From the NCBI GenBank assembly GCA_946498095.1, contig CAMMMX010000018.1:765-64764 (forward strand): a DNA stretch of 64,000 bases. The letters are read 5' to 3'. The position numbers and the translations under genes were made by a program. The notes below the pieces were generated by a model. That model saw only the letters and a list, made by a program, of their open reading frames with translations, made no database searches and was not told the origin of the DNA. How positions within the stretch are numbered: the stretch's first letter is position 1; every line of letters starts with the position of its first letter. Origin of the DNA: an uncultured Clostridia bacterium. GTDB lineage: Bacteria; Bacillota; Clostridia; Oscillospirales; Ruminococcaceae. Shown here in pieces: positions 27,489 to 36,506 of the stretch.

Positions 27489-27517
27489 ATTATAAACGGG
27501 GACAGCAAAAGTGTCAA
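27489..27517 (-). promoter_or_regulatory. consensus sigma-A promoter of the marR-ABC operon
   Basis: Minus strand reads TTGACA (27517-27512), 17 nt, TATAAT (27494-27489). Confidence 0.7.
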
Positions 27518-27553
27518 TATGCTTAGATGTAAATTATCTTTGACAAAAAAGCC

Positions 27554-27582
27554 TTGCCATAAGCGAAACGATACGTTATAAT
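27554..27582 (+). promoter_or_regulatory. divergent sigma-A promoter for the sugar-phosphate isomerase gene
   Basis: TTGCCA (27554-27559), 17 nt, TATAAT (27577-27582). Confidence 0.6.
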
Positions 27583-27669
27583 GGATGCAGATACAAATGA
27601 CGCGCCGAGGAGGCGGAAGTTACCCAAGCGGTGTCCGGCGGCGCGACTGAGAGATGAAGGGATGGAATC

Positions 27670-28452
27670 ATGATGAAAATTGGTTGCTGTGCAGGAGTAG
27701 AAAAGCTGTCAGAACTGGAGAGGCTGGGGTTTGATTATATCGAGTTAAACCTTACCCAGTTGGCAGGACTGACCGATGAGGAGTTTGCGGCATACGAGGA
27801 TGCGTTTTCCAAGAGTCAGCTGAAGGCGGAGGCGTTTAATTGTATGATCCCCTGGGATTGCTTGGTCGTCGGGCCAAACCGGGATCTGGACCGGATGACA
27901 GCGCTGATCGAGACCGGTTATGCACGGGCAAAAAAGCTGGGCGGACAGGTTGTGGTCTTTGGCAGCGGCGGCGCACGGCGGATACCGGAGGACTATCCCA
28001 GCGAGTTGGGGCTGGAGGATTTCCTGGACTGTCTGCGAAAGGTCAATGCGGTAGCGGACAAAAACGGCTTGACTGTCGCGATCGAGCCGTTGAATACGTC
28101 GGAGACGAACCTGATTAACCATGTCCGTGAGGGCGTGAAGGTAGCGAAGGCGGCGGCCCTGCCGCATGTGCGCGTGCTTGCAGACTTGTACCATGTCGCG
28201 CTGGGCGGCGAGAGTATGGACGAAATCGCCGAGGCCGGGACGTGGTTGGTACATACGCATATTGCGAATCCGGACGGGCGGTACTATCCCGCCCCTGAGG
28301 ACGCATATGATTACGACGCCTTTTTCAAAGCGCTGAAACGCGCCGGCTACGACGCGCGGATGAGCTTGGAAGCGTCGGCGAAAAATCCGGACAATTGGTC
28401 GGAAGAGATTGCGGCGTCCCTTGCCCTTATCCGCGGTGCCTGGGCCCGGTAA
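27670..28452 (+). CDS. sugar phosphate isomerase/epimerase (xylose-isomerase-like TIM barrel)
   Basis: 260 aa with IEPLN...ET, LADLYH and HTHIANPDGR, the metal-ligand pattern typical of the AP-endonuclease-2/TIM family. Confidence 0.65.
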   Translation: MMKIGCCAGVEKLSELERLGFDYIELNLTQLAGLTDEEFAAYEDAFSKSQLKAEAFNCMIPWDCLVVGPNRDLDRMTALIETGYARAKKLGGQVVVFGSGGARRIPEDYPSELGLEDFLDCLRKVNAVADKNGLTVAIEPLNTSETNLINHVREGVKVAKAAALPHVRVLADLYHVALGGESMDEIAEAGTWLVHTHIANPDGRYYPAPEDAYDYDAFFKALKRAGYDARMSLEASAKNPDNWSEEIAASLALIRGAWAR

Positions 28453-28553
28453 ATGCTGTCGGAGGAACGCCGTCAGCCAAGTATGGGCGTGAGAGCGTTC
28501 ACAGGGCGGGAACGCCGGGATAAATTTTGGCGACAAACAGAAAGGAAAAAACC

Positions 28554-29117
28554 ATGAACTTCGATACCTTGGAAACCCAATTTCTGAAGCTGACACAGGA
28601 CGCTGCTTTTACCGCTCATTATGCGGAAATTGATGTGGCGGATATCGTCTTTGACGCCGAGCTGCGCAAAGCCTGTGAAGCGAACACCTGCGGCGCTTAC
28701 GGGAAGAACTACATGTGCCCGCCGGCCTGCGGGGAAATCAACGAGCTGATTGAAAAGGCCAAGGGCTACCATCGTGCCTTCGTTTACCAGACCATTTATC
28801 CGCTGGAGGATTCCTTTGATTTCGAGGGGATGACGGAGGCTGCCCGTGTGCATGATGAGGTGAGCCAGGGTATGTGCCAGGCGGCGCGGCAGGCAGATCC
28901 CGGATGCCTGATGCTTGGGGCAGGAGGTTGTTCCATCTGCAAAAGGTGTGCAATGTTGGATGAGGAGCCCTGCCGCTTCCCAGAAAAGGCGTTCCCGTCC
29001 GTGGAATCGTATGGCATCTACGTTTCAAAGCTTGCTGAGGCCTGTGGGATGAAGTACATCAATGGCGCAAATACCGTGACTTATTTCGGCGCGGTGCTCT
29101 ACAATCCGGCGTGCTGA
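28554..29117 (+). CDS. DUF2284-type predicted metal-binding (Cys-rich) protein
   Basis: CEANTCGAYGKNYMCPPACG and GGCSICKRCAMLDEEPCRFP cysteine motifs. ATG 28554 (MNFDTLE...). Confidence 0.6.
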   Translation: MNFDTLETQFLKLTQDAAFTAHYAEIDVADIVFDAELRKACEANTCGAYGKNYMCPPACGEINELIEKAKGYHRAFVYQTIYPLEDSFDFEGMTEAARVHDEVSQGMCQAARQADPGCLMLGAGGCSICKRCAMLDEEPCRFPEKAFPSVESYGIYVSKLAEACGMKYINGANTVTYFGAVLYNPAC

Positions 29118-29245
29118 GCCCGCTTGCAGTCCGCGTACGGTGAAAAGGAGAAAACGGTTGTTTCACGCACGCGCCGAGACGTGCTTGTTTTGGCAAAGTA
29201 TCGCCGGGCAGCGGACTGAGCCTGATTATGGGGAAAACGATGATT

Positions 29246-29276
29246 TCCCGGACACGTTTGTTGTCCGGGATTTTTT
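29246..29276 (+). terminator. intrinsic terminator after the DUF2284 gene
   Basis: TCCCGGACA / TGTCCGGGA stem followed by TTTTTT. Confidence 0.8.
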
Positions 29277-29360
29277 ATTGAAACGGGAAAATATGCAACC
29301 TTATGACGGCAGGGTACACTATATAGGTGAGAGCCGTTTTAAGATCGCCGGACAGACGCA

Positions 29361-30509
29361 GTGAAAGAACAGGCTCTGAGGGAGGAATACGGTGTGATGT
29401 TCTATGCCACCCATGCTGAAACGATGGTTAGTTCTTTTGGTAAAGAGTACATGGAAAAGATTTTCTATTTTTGCCTCAAGCGGACGGGCAGCGTCGGCGA
29501 AGCGGAGGATTTGACGTCCGATATTGCTGTCAGCGTCATTTCCGCACTGCGGCAGGGGAAGATTCCCGCGGCGTTTCCGGCCTGGGTGTGGCGGATTGCC
29601 CGCAACCGGTACAGTCTCTGGGCAAAGACTAAGCACAAGCGCAGCTGTGAGGTTTGCGGCGACGACATTGCCAAACTGGATCCCCCTGGCGAAGCGTCCG
29701 TCGAGGCGGACTACCTGCGCAGCGAGGAGCTGGGGCTGTTACGTCGCGAACTGGCGTTTATGGCCAAGGATTACCGCGAGATCCTGCTTGCTTTTTATAT
29801 TGAGGACAGGAAAATCGGGGACATCGCGGACAGCCTTCATATCGCCGAAGGGACGGTCAAAGCGAAACTCTTCCGCTGTCGAAACATGTTAAAGGAGGGT
29901 ATGAATATGGCGAGAGAATTCGGTGTAAGAAGCTATAAGCCCGAGGAGGTTTCCTTTTCCTCAAGCGGCAACCAGCCGTCGGGTCTGCCATGGAGTGCGG
30001 TGGACAGGCAAATTCCCAAAAACATCCTTTTGCAGGCGCACAACAATCCCAGCACGGCAGAGGAGCTGTCAATCGAGTTGGGGATCGCGCTACCGTACAT
30101 GGAGGAGGAAATTCGCATTCTTAAGGATGCAACACTGCTCAAACAAAACGGGAAGAAATACGAAACAAATTTCTTCATCGCCGATCGAGAATGTCAGATG
30201 GACGTCTATCAGGCGTGCAGGCGTGACGCAAAGGAGCGCGGCGCGCTGCTGGACAAAATTGTCACCGACTGCCTGGATGACATCCTGGCACTTTCTATCT
30301 ATCGCAACGGTATGCCGAGGGAGGGCGTCAAGTGGCTTCCATTCTTGCTGGCAGCGGATTACCTGTCCCGGCAGGTGCGCGGCTATGACATAAGATGTAC
30401 TGTTCAGCGCAACGATGGCGGCGACTGGGGCTTTATGGGCTTTGAGCAAACGGATATGGAGGAGAAGCTCTGGATATGGGTGACAACTGGTCTGGAAATG
30501 GCTCTGTAG
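29361..30509 (+). CDS. sigma-70 family (ECF-like) sigma factor with a long C-terminal extension, N-terminal reading frame
   Basis: Region 2 (AEDLTSDIAVSVI...FPAWVWRIARNRYSLW) and region 4 (YREILLAFYIEDRKIGDIADSLHIAEGTVKAKLFRCRNMLKE). The real start is probably GTG 29394 or ATG 29397, after a GGAGG RBS. Confidence 0.75.
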   Translation: MKEQALREEYGVMFYATHAETMVSSFGKEYMEKIFYFCLKRTGSVGEAEDLTSDIAVSVISALRQGKIPAAFPAWVWRIARNRYSLWAKTKHKRSCEVCGDDIAKLDPPGEASVEADYLRSEELGLLRRELAFMAKDYREILLAFYIEDRKIGDIADSLHIAEGTVKAKLFRCRNMLKEGMNMAREFGVRSYKPEEVSFSSSGNQPSGLPWSAVDRQIPKNILLQAHNNPSTAEELSIELGIALPYMEEEIRILKDATLLKQNGKKYETNFFIADRECQMDVYQACRRDAKERGALLDKIVTDCLDDILALSIYRNGMPREGVKWLPFLLAADYLSRQVRGYDIRCTVQRNDGGDWGFMGFEQTDMEEKLWIWVTTGLEMAL

Positions 30510-30997
30510 AGGCGCAGCATTTCAAAATCGGCTGCTATGGACTGTGGGATCGGGTGGGGGAAATGAACTGCAACCAAGCGATCCTGCTCGCCGACATTGT
30601 CAGCCGGGATCGCAAAATCGATTCCCTGACCGCAGCAGAACGAGAAACGTGGCGGGGGATTGAGGGCCGTTTTGCCCACGCGCTTGCGGACGGGACAGTC
30701 ATCTGTGATATTGCGGTATTTGAAAACGGGGCACGGGAGAAACTGTACGCGATTCTGCGTGCGCATCCGCAGTACGACGTGCTGCTGGCGTCTTATCAGC
30801 AGGCATTCGATGACGTAATGAATATCCTACGGGGAATACATAATTCCGTTTTGCAGGAGCAGCTGACCTACTGCACGTCGATTCTGTCGCTGAATACGCG
30901 GATGATGGCAGTTAATGATGCAATTGAAGCAGGACGGTTGATCGTACCAGAGCGTCCGGAGACAAGCACCATTGGCATCGTAGTGGAAATCCAATAA
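30476..30997 (+). CDS. probable continuation of the sigma-factor C-terminal extension in the +1 frame
   Basis: The frame opens at 30446 and overlaps the end of the previous ORF (stop 30509). No RBS of its own. See the frameshift finding. Confidence 0.45.
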   Translation: MGDNWSGNGSVEAQHFKIGCYGLWDRVGEMNCNQAILLADIVSRDRKIDSLTAAERETWRGIEGRFAHALADGTVICDIAVFENGAREKLYAILRAHPQYDVLLASYQQAFDDVMNILRGIHNSVLQEQLTYCTSILSLNTRMMAVNDAIEAGRLIVPERPETSTIGIVVEIQ

Positions 30998-31040
30998 ACT
31001 TTCCGAACAAGAAAGCGCCGCCTGGTACATGTAAATAGTA

Positions 31041-31080
31041 GGAAGATAGGAGACACGGCCTTTCGTGCCTCCTATCTTCC
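31041..31080. terminator. bidirectional terminator between the sigma factor and the C39-like gene
   Basis: 12-bp stem GGAAGATAGGAG / CTCCTATCTTCC with an inner CACG/CGTG pairing. TTTTCTCC follows on the plus strand. Confidence 0.7.
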
Positions 31081-31114
31081 TTTTCTCCACTTGTGCGGCG
31101 TCCGTGACGGGGAT

Positions 31115-31948
31115 TTATTCCGCCGAGACATCCGCCGGCAACAGGACGGCAGCCTGCATCCCCAGATCGTGATAACGTTGACGGACGATCCCCTTGGGAT
31201 AGGCGGTGAGGCCTTTGGATTCATAGGGATCGTTAAAATAATAGTTTTCTCCGTCGTATCCCACCAGGACAAGACAGTGTTCCGTATTGGGGTAAAAGAT
31301 AGATTCACCGCTTTCGTAGGCGTACCACTGGTCCAGCTTGGTAACCGGTTCCATTCCAACTGTCGCCCAGACGGCGACGGGGATGCCGGCGTCGATATAA
31401 TCCTGGCACAGCGACTCCAGCGGGCACCCGGTCAAATCAAGCGCACGGGACGGATCATTTACGGCTTCGCCCAGCGCCTTGGTAATGACGGGCGCATAGC
31501 AGCCCCAGCCGCCGGTCTCACTGGTGGGATCCCCGGCATAGGCCTGCGCCGGGTCAGGGCCATAACGCTTGCGGTTTTGGACGATAACCGGTTGCTGTGG
31601 CAAAAACTCGCTGAGGAATTGCTCTACCGTCACATCAACACCTTGAGCCCGGAGCAGCATAATTGCACTGGCGGCTTCACAACCGTTGGGCAGCACATCC
31701 TCCTGGCTGAGATAGGGGACGTCGAGGCATACTTTTTCGGATACGACTTCTTTGTCGGATTTGCTTTCGTTATCCGCAAACGGCGTATTTGTTAAGCCAT
31801 AAGCGGGACCAATTCCACCCTGCGGAAGGGGAATCACAAATGCGTCGTAGGAGACGCGTCCCGCGAAATAAGTATAGGCGATATATATCAGTAGCAAGGC
31901 GACAAGCATACCGGAAAACGCCTGCCAAAATCTTAGCTTCTGTTTCAT
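31115..31948 (-). CDS. membrane-anchored peptidase C39-like (C39_2) cysteine peptidase domain protein
   Basis: N-terminal TM segment, VPYLSQEDVLPNGCEAAS (Cys) and HCLVLVGYDGENYYFNDP (His). ATG 31948 behind a GGGGAGAA RBS. Confidence 0.7.
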   Translation of the reverse strand: MKQKLRFWQAFSGMLVALLLIYIAYTYFAGRVSYDAFVIPLPQGGIGPAYGLTNTPFADNESKSDKEVVSEKVCLDVPYLSQEDVLPNGCEAASAIMLLRAQGVDVTVEQFLSEFLPQQPVIVQNRKRYGPDPAQAYAGDPTSETGGWGCYAPVITKALGEAVNDPSRALDLTGCPLESLCQDYIDAGIPVAVWATVGMEPVTKLDQWYAYESGESIFYPNTEHCLVLVGYDGENYYFNDPYESKGLTAYPKGIVRQRYHDLGMQAAVLLPADVSAE

Positions 31949-32247
31949 AAATATTCTCCCCACTCGCTTGTTTTTCACTATTCTATATTTCTTTTGTTTC
32001 AATTATGTTTCTAATAACTTGACATATAAAATACAAGTGATACCTTGTGAATTTCTTGTGATATATAGCAATCGACGAAAGGGTAGAAACAGGTATTCCA
32101 TTGCGGGAAGATTCCAAGCGCCTCATAGGAAAACAAACATACAGCTCTCCATCCCCTGCAAGCACAGAACCAGAAACTGAATTATTTCCTGAATGAAATG
32201 GAAGGAGCCGACCGAGCTTGTATGAGTGAATATGCGCGATACAAAAA

Positions 32248-33109
32248 ATGATTGACTGGATTGACAGCCATGCGGTGAAAAATCGGTCGCTTGCGGAATT
32301 TTCGCAGCAGGTGTGGGATTCGCCCTACGATTGTTCGGCACAGTTCCACCGTGTTGCAGGCAGGACGATCAAAAGCTAGATGGCCGCGCGGCGTTTGTGT
32401 CTGGCCACTGAAGCACTCCGGGACACGAGCAAGGGGATACTCGCTATCGCGCTGGAATACGGATTTTCCTCCCACAGCGCCCTGACGAGGGCGTTTCAGG
32501 AGGCGTATGGCTTGCCCCCCGGCGCAGTACCGGAAGCATCCGAAACCGATTCCGCTGACGCTCAGAAAGATTGTCGTGACACCTTCGCACTATATGGAAA
32601 AAGGAGATTTGACCATGGGAAGTCTGGTTCTACCGAGCTATCGGCTCGAATAGATCCCAGAGCACAGATACCTAGGCGTCTACAAAAAGTGGATGATGAA
32701 AAGCGGGGCGATCTGGACTGGACACGACTGTGATCTGCTCAGCGGCATCGTGTCCAGTATCGACGTCGAGGATGCGCACCCGATCGTGACCGTCCGTACC
32801 GCCGGCCGGACATGGCAAGGTGGTGAAAGAAGCTCTTTTTACGGCCTGGGCACGCAAGTGGACTGACGGTGTACCGGAAGGCTTTAAGCTCAGAGGCGTC
32901 TTTCCCGGCAGCGATTACCTCGTATTCAGCCATCCGCCGTTCGACTATCTGTCGGAGAACGGTGAGGTCATGCGGCGGGTAGAGGACTTGGCGTGGAATT
33001 TCGATCCTGCCACGATCGGTTACGCCTGGAACGAGGACGTCTGCCAGGACTACCAGCGGCATTGCCCGGAAGGGCTCATCAGGTGCTGCGTCCTGTTCGG
33101 AAGATCTGA
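32248..33109 (+). pseudogene. decayed AraC-family regulator with a GyrI-like effector domain
   Basis: The AraC HTH (ILAIALEYGFSSHSALTRAFQEAYGLPP) and effector domain (FPGSDYLVFSHPPFDYLSENGEVMRRVEDLAWNFDP...YQRH) are readable only by hopping frames. In-frame TAG at 32377 and 32651, TGA near 32866, and at least 3 frameshifts. Confidence 0.7.
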
Positions 33110-33137
33110 TCTTTTACCGCGACGGCGTGTTGCCCGT

Positions 33138-33180
33138 ACAGGAAGAGGCCTTTCCCTCTAAGGGAAAGGCCTCTTCCTGT
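33138..33180. terminator. perfect 20-bp hairpin between convergent genes
   Basis: ACAGGAAGAGGCCTTTCCCT, loop CTA, AGGGAAAGGCCTCTTCCTGT. No clear U-tract on either side. Confidence 0.5.
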
Positions 33181-33304
33181 GGCGCAATGGATATTTCCTT
33201 GTCCTACTGCCCGCCGCCACACGACAGCTGCTGAGCAATCGTATCTCGCCGCGGGCGGAAACGCTGGATGTACAATTTCGCCCGTATGTGTATCGCCTGC
33301 GGGA

Positions 33305-33913
33305 TCAGTCCGCGGTGTACTCGCGTACGCGCAGCTCGACGCCGATCTCCTCCGCGACCTTGCGGCAGGCGTCGATGTCCTCCTGCGGGATGACGTCGAC
33401 GACCGACATCACCACATGGGGGACGAAGTTTTTGACATCGCGCGTAAAAGCAAGCATGGCGTCAAATGCCGCTTCCCCAAAGGATGGGCGGGTGACAGCA
33501 CAATATTTTTCCGCTGTTGGTGCGTTGAGGCTAACCGATACGGTATCGAACAGGCCCTCCAAAAGCGGCGCGGTACGTTTTTTGTGTATCAGATCGGCAA
33601 GGCCGTTGGTGTTGAGACGGAGCGGCAGCGTGGTTTTCCCACGGAGGTATCGGCACACCTCGAGAACCGCGTCCAGCCGCACCAGAGGCTCGCCGTAACC
33701 GCAGAAAACAATCTCGCTGTACTGCGAAAGGTCGGTGGCTTCAAAGTCAGCGATCACCTCTGCCACAGTAGGATCCTTCTTCAGCCAAAGAGAGTCGGAC
33801 TCGCCCACCGTATCGCCGTTTTGCCGGATGCAAAAGGTACAGGCGCAGGGGCATTTGTTGGTCATATTGACATATAAGCCGTTGTGGAAACGGTAGAGAA
33901 TATCCGCTTTCAT
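33305..33913 (-). CDS. small radical SAM protein (TatD-associated radical SAM type)
   Basis: 202 aa with NKCPCACTFC (CxxxCxxC) near the N-terminus, and FCGYGEP. Confidence 0.7.
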   Translation of the reverse strand: MKADILYRFHNGLYVNMTNKCPCACTFCIRQNGDTVGESDSLWLKKDPTVAEVIADFEATDLSQYSEIVFCGYGEPLVRLDAVLEVCRYLRGKTTLPLRLNTNGLADLIHKKRTAPLLEGLFDTVSVSLNAPTAEKYCAVTRPSFGEAAFDAMLAFTRDVKNFVPHVVMSVVDVIPQEDIDACRKVAEEIGVELRVREYTAD

Positions 33914-33996
33914 AGGGGTCAGTCCTTTCTTACAGCCGCCAAATAGGTATCATGAGATATTCGGTCCATCATTCGCCTTTGCGGCTTCTTATCTTT

Positions 33997-34025
33997 ATTA
34001 TAGTCCCTCCTTATGGGGAATGCAA
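33997..34025 (-). promoter_or_regulatory. sigma-A promoter for the radical SAM gene
   Basis: Minus strand reads TTGCAT (34025-34020), 17 nt, TATAAT (34002-33997). Confidence 0.55.
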
Positions 34026-34296
34026 CCTCGGGGCATCGGCTGGGACGGCAAGAGCTTTCTATCAATTTGTGCAACACAGTCGTAGGATACATGCAGAATT
34101 TGTTACCTTTGACAGTCCCCAGGTCGGAGGAAAAAGATATTCTGGATATCTGCATACGGATATACCAATTTCTCCTGTACAAATCGGGGGAAAAGTAGCG
34201 CGTTTGACGAAACGAACGGGAGGCCCCACTGCTGGAGTGCGTTTGTTTTGAATCAGCTCTAGCGGTATAATAAAAGGCATCAAACGGAAGGATGGG

Positions 34297-35190
34297 ATGA
34301 TAATGGGAGTGAAACGCATTGCAGCGTTCAATGATTTATCGGGCTGGGGACGCTGCTCGTTGACCGTTGCGCTTCCCGTGCTGTCGGCGATGGGGCACCA
34401 ATGCTGCCCGGCGCCGACATCGGTGCTGTCCTGCCATACTGGCTTTCCCAGCTACCACTTTACAGACATGACGCCGCAGCTGCCCGCATATCTGAAAAAC
34501 TGGGAAGAGAATGGCTTTACATTCGATGGTATTTACACCGGTTTCCTTGGTTCCTATGAGCAAATCACGATCTTGTCAGACTTTCTGCGTACACTGCCCA
34601 ACCACCCCTATATCCTTGTCGACCCGGTGATGGGGGACGGTGGACAGATTTACGGCACCTATACGCCGCGGATGTGCGAGGCGATGCGGGAACTGGTACG
34701 GCATGCGGACCTGGTCACGCCGAACCTGACTGAAGCAGCGCTGCTGGCAGGAGTGGACTATCCAGGGGAAGAAGCAGGCCCGGAAAAGGCGCTTGAGCTG
34801 GCACGTGCAGTGACGCGTTTAGGTGCAACATGTGCTGTCGTCACCGGCCTGCGTAGCAGGGGTGCGGACGGTGCCCCCTGCATCTCGGCCGTGGCATATA
34901 ACAGTGCCGAAGGGGCGCAGGGCCAGGGCGCGGTCGTAACCCAGCCGCTTCAAGCGGTTGGGGAGGTCTGCTCCGGGACAGGGGATCTGTTCGCGTCGGC
35001 GGTGCTGGGTGGCGTTCTTCGTTCTCAGCCGTTGTACGACGCCATCGGACTGGCGATGCGTTTTATTGCGCGGAGTGTTGCTTATACAAAGAAATGCGGC
35101 GCTGATTTCCGTAACGGTATTGTCTTCGAACCTCTGCTGGGCATGCTGGTGCCGGAGCCGGGCGAGGGAAAGGGGATGAGAAACAAATGA
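34297..35190 (+). CDS. pdxK: pyridoxal/pyridoxamine kinase
   Basis: Ribokinase-fold PdxK/PdxY pattern with VDPVMGD, LVTPNLTEAALL and GTGDLFASAVLG. Confidence 0.8.
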   Translation: MIMGVKRIAAFNDLSGWGRCSLTVALPVLSAMGHQCCPAPTSVLSCHTGFPSYHFTDMTPQLPAYLKNWEENGFTFDGIYTGFLGSYEQITILSDFLRTLPNHPYILVDPVMGDGGQIYGTYTPRMCEAMRELVRHADLVTPNLTEAALLAGVDYPGEEAGPEKALELARAVTRLGATCAVVTGLRSRGADGAPCISAVAYNSAEGAQGQGAVVTQPLQAVGEVCSGTGDLFASAVLGGVLRSQPLYDAIGLAMRFIARSVAYTKKCGADFRNGIVFEPLLGMLVPEPGEGKGMRNK

Positions 35191-35687
35191 ATGAGAAATT
35201 AAAACTGATGACCAAGACGGGCGTGTTTGCGGCGCTGATTTGCGCGTTGACCATGATCCATATCCCGATCGGGACACTGGGGGGGTATGTCCATGTGGGA
35301 GATAGCATGATTTATTTGGCGGCTTCGGTGCTGCCGATGCCTTACGCGATGGCAGCCGCGGCCATTGGGGGCGGGCTTGCCGATACCTTTGCCGGCGCAG
35401 CGGTGTGGATCCTTGCTACGGTGATCATCAAGCCGCTGAATGTGCTTTGTTTCACCCGCAGGGGAGAGAGGATCCTGTCTTTTCATAACGCCATTGGTGC
35501 GATCGTTAGCGGTGTGGTGACAATTTTGGGTTATTGTATCGCGGAGGCGCTCATTACCGGCAACTGGGTGGCGCCGTTTGTGGCGATTCCTGCCGGTCTC
35601 GCACAGCCGGTGGGCAGCGCGGTGGTCTACCTCATTCTGGCTTTCGCGCTTGACCGGGCAGGGCTGAAGAAGCGTTTAATGGTCTGA
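35187..35687 (+). CDS. ECF-transporter substrate-specific (S) component, probably for a vitamin B6 vitamer
   Basis: 166-aa protein with ~5-6 TM segments and the typical small S-component architecture. ATGA overlap with pdxK. Confidence 0.6.
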   Translation: MNEKLKLMTKTGVFAALICALTMIHIPIGTLGGYVHVGDSMIYLAASVLPMPYAMAAAAIGGGLADTFAGAAVWILATVIIKPLNVLCFTRRGERILSFHNAIGAIVSGVVTILGYCIAEALITGNWVAPFVAIPAGLAQPVGSAVVYLILAFALDRAGLKKRLMV

Positions 35688-35693
35688 GGGAGG

Positions 35694-35912
35694 TTAGAAA
35701 CGAAGGCGCAGGTCATTTCCCTCGAACAGGAACTCTTCCATTTCTTGGTCGGTCAGCTCTCCGTTTTGATTTTCGTACTGCTCGATATAGCGCCGGACAA
35801 TAAATTCAATTTCCGCGTTTTTGCTGCGCTTTTCCTGTTTTGCAAGATAACGCAGCTTGATTTGGACATCGGTGGACAGGCGTACCTGAAAGGATATTTT
35901 GTCTTCGTGCAT
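35694..35912 (-). CDS. Arc/MetJ-type ribbon-helix-helix DNA-binding protein, paralogue 1 (72 aa)
   Basis: ISFQVRLSTDVQIKLRYLAKQEKRSKNAEIEFIVRRYI matches the Arc beta-strand/helix/helix pattern (FNLRWP...RS.NSEI). Has its own AT-rich upstream region. Confidence 0.7.
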   Translation of the reverse strand: MHEDKISFQVRLSTDVQIKLRYLAKQEKRSKNAEIEFIVRRYIEQYENQNGELTDQEMEEFLFEGNDLRLRF

Positions 35913-36022
35913 GGGAATACCCCTTTTTTAAAATTCTAGATAGTATTATAATTATATCATTGTGAGATGTTTCATAATAGATTTATTATAGTACTAAAAA
36001 TCAACGGTTTTATGTGGATAAC

Positions 36023-36053
36023 AAAAGCCGCCGGTTTCAAACCGGCGGCTTTT
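36023..36053. terminator. bidirectional hairpin terminator after Arc paralogue 2
   Basis: AAAAGCCGCCGGTTT C AAACCGGCGGCTTTT, with A/T runs on both sides. Confidence 0.7.
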
Positions 36054-36054
36054 G

Positions 36055-36255
36055 TCAGTTTTCTTCATACAGGAAAGCTTCCATTTCCTCCATGGTGAGT
36101 TCTCCCTGCTCCCGTTCGTACTGCTCGATATAACGGCTGATGATGTACTCGATTTCGGCGTTTTTGGAACGCAGCTCACGTTTTGCAATCACTCGAAGCT
36201 TTGCGTGCGCTTCAACCGGCAGTCGCAACTGGAAGGACACTCGATCTCCGTTCAA
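36055..36255 (-). CDS. Arc/MetJ-type ribbon-helix-helix DNA-binding protein, paralogue 2 (66 aa)
   Basis: VSFQLRLPVEAHAKLRVIAKRELRSKNAEIEYIISRYI. TTG start behind a GGAGG RBS. Confidence 0.7.
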   Translation of the reverse strand: MNGDRVSFQLRLPVEAHAKLRVIAKRELRSKNAEIEYIISRYIEQYEREQGELTMEEMEAFLYEEN

Positions 36256-36506
36256 TGCAAACGCCTCCTTTTTTTAAGATACTATGTCTGATATGATAAT
36301 CATACTACATTGCTACTATGTGTGAATAGTGTTTGAAAGGATGCCTTTGGATATTATTTTTATCTAATTATACAGCTAAAAACGCATCGTAATGACATTG
36401 CATCGCATAAAGGAATCATGTCTTTCAAGTAATAGCAATTCCCTCCGCTCCGATAGAAGCCGGGCGGCTTTTGGAAAATGCGGAGAAGGACACGGTCGTA
36501 AGTTTT

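Noticed and set aside
27583-27669. Structured leader (GCGCCG...CGGCGC) upstream of the sugar-phosphate isomerase as a riboswitch
   Set aside because: It is a single short stem with no recognisable conserved core, and too small for known sugar- or nucleotide-sensing classes.
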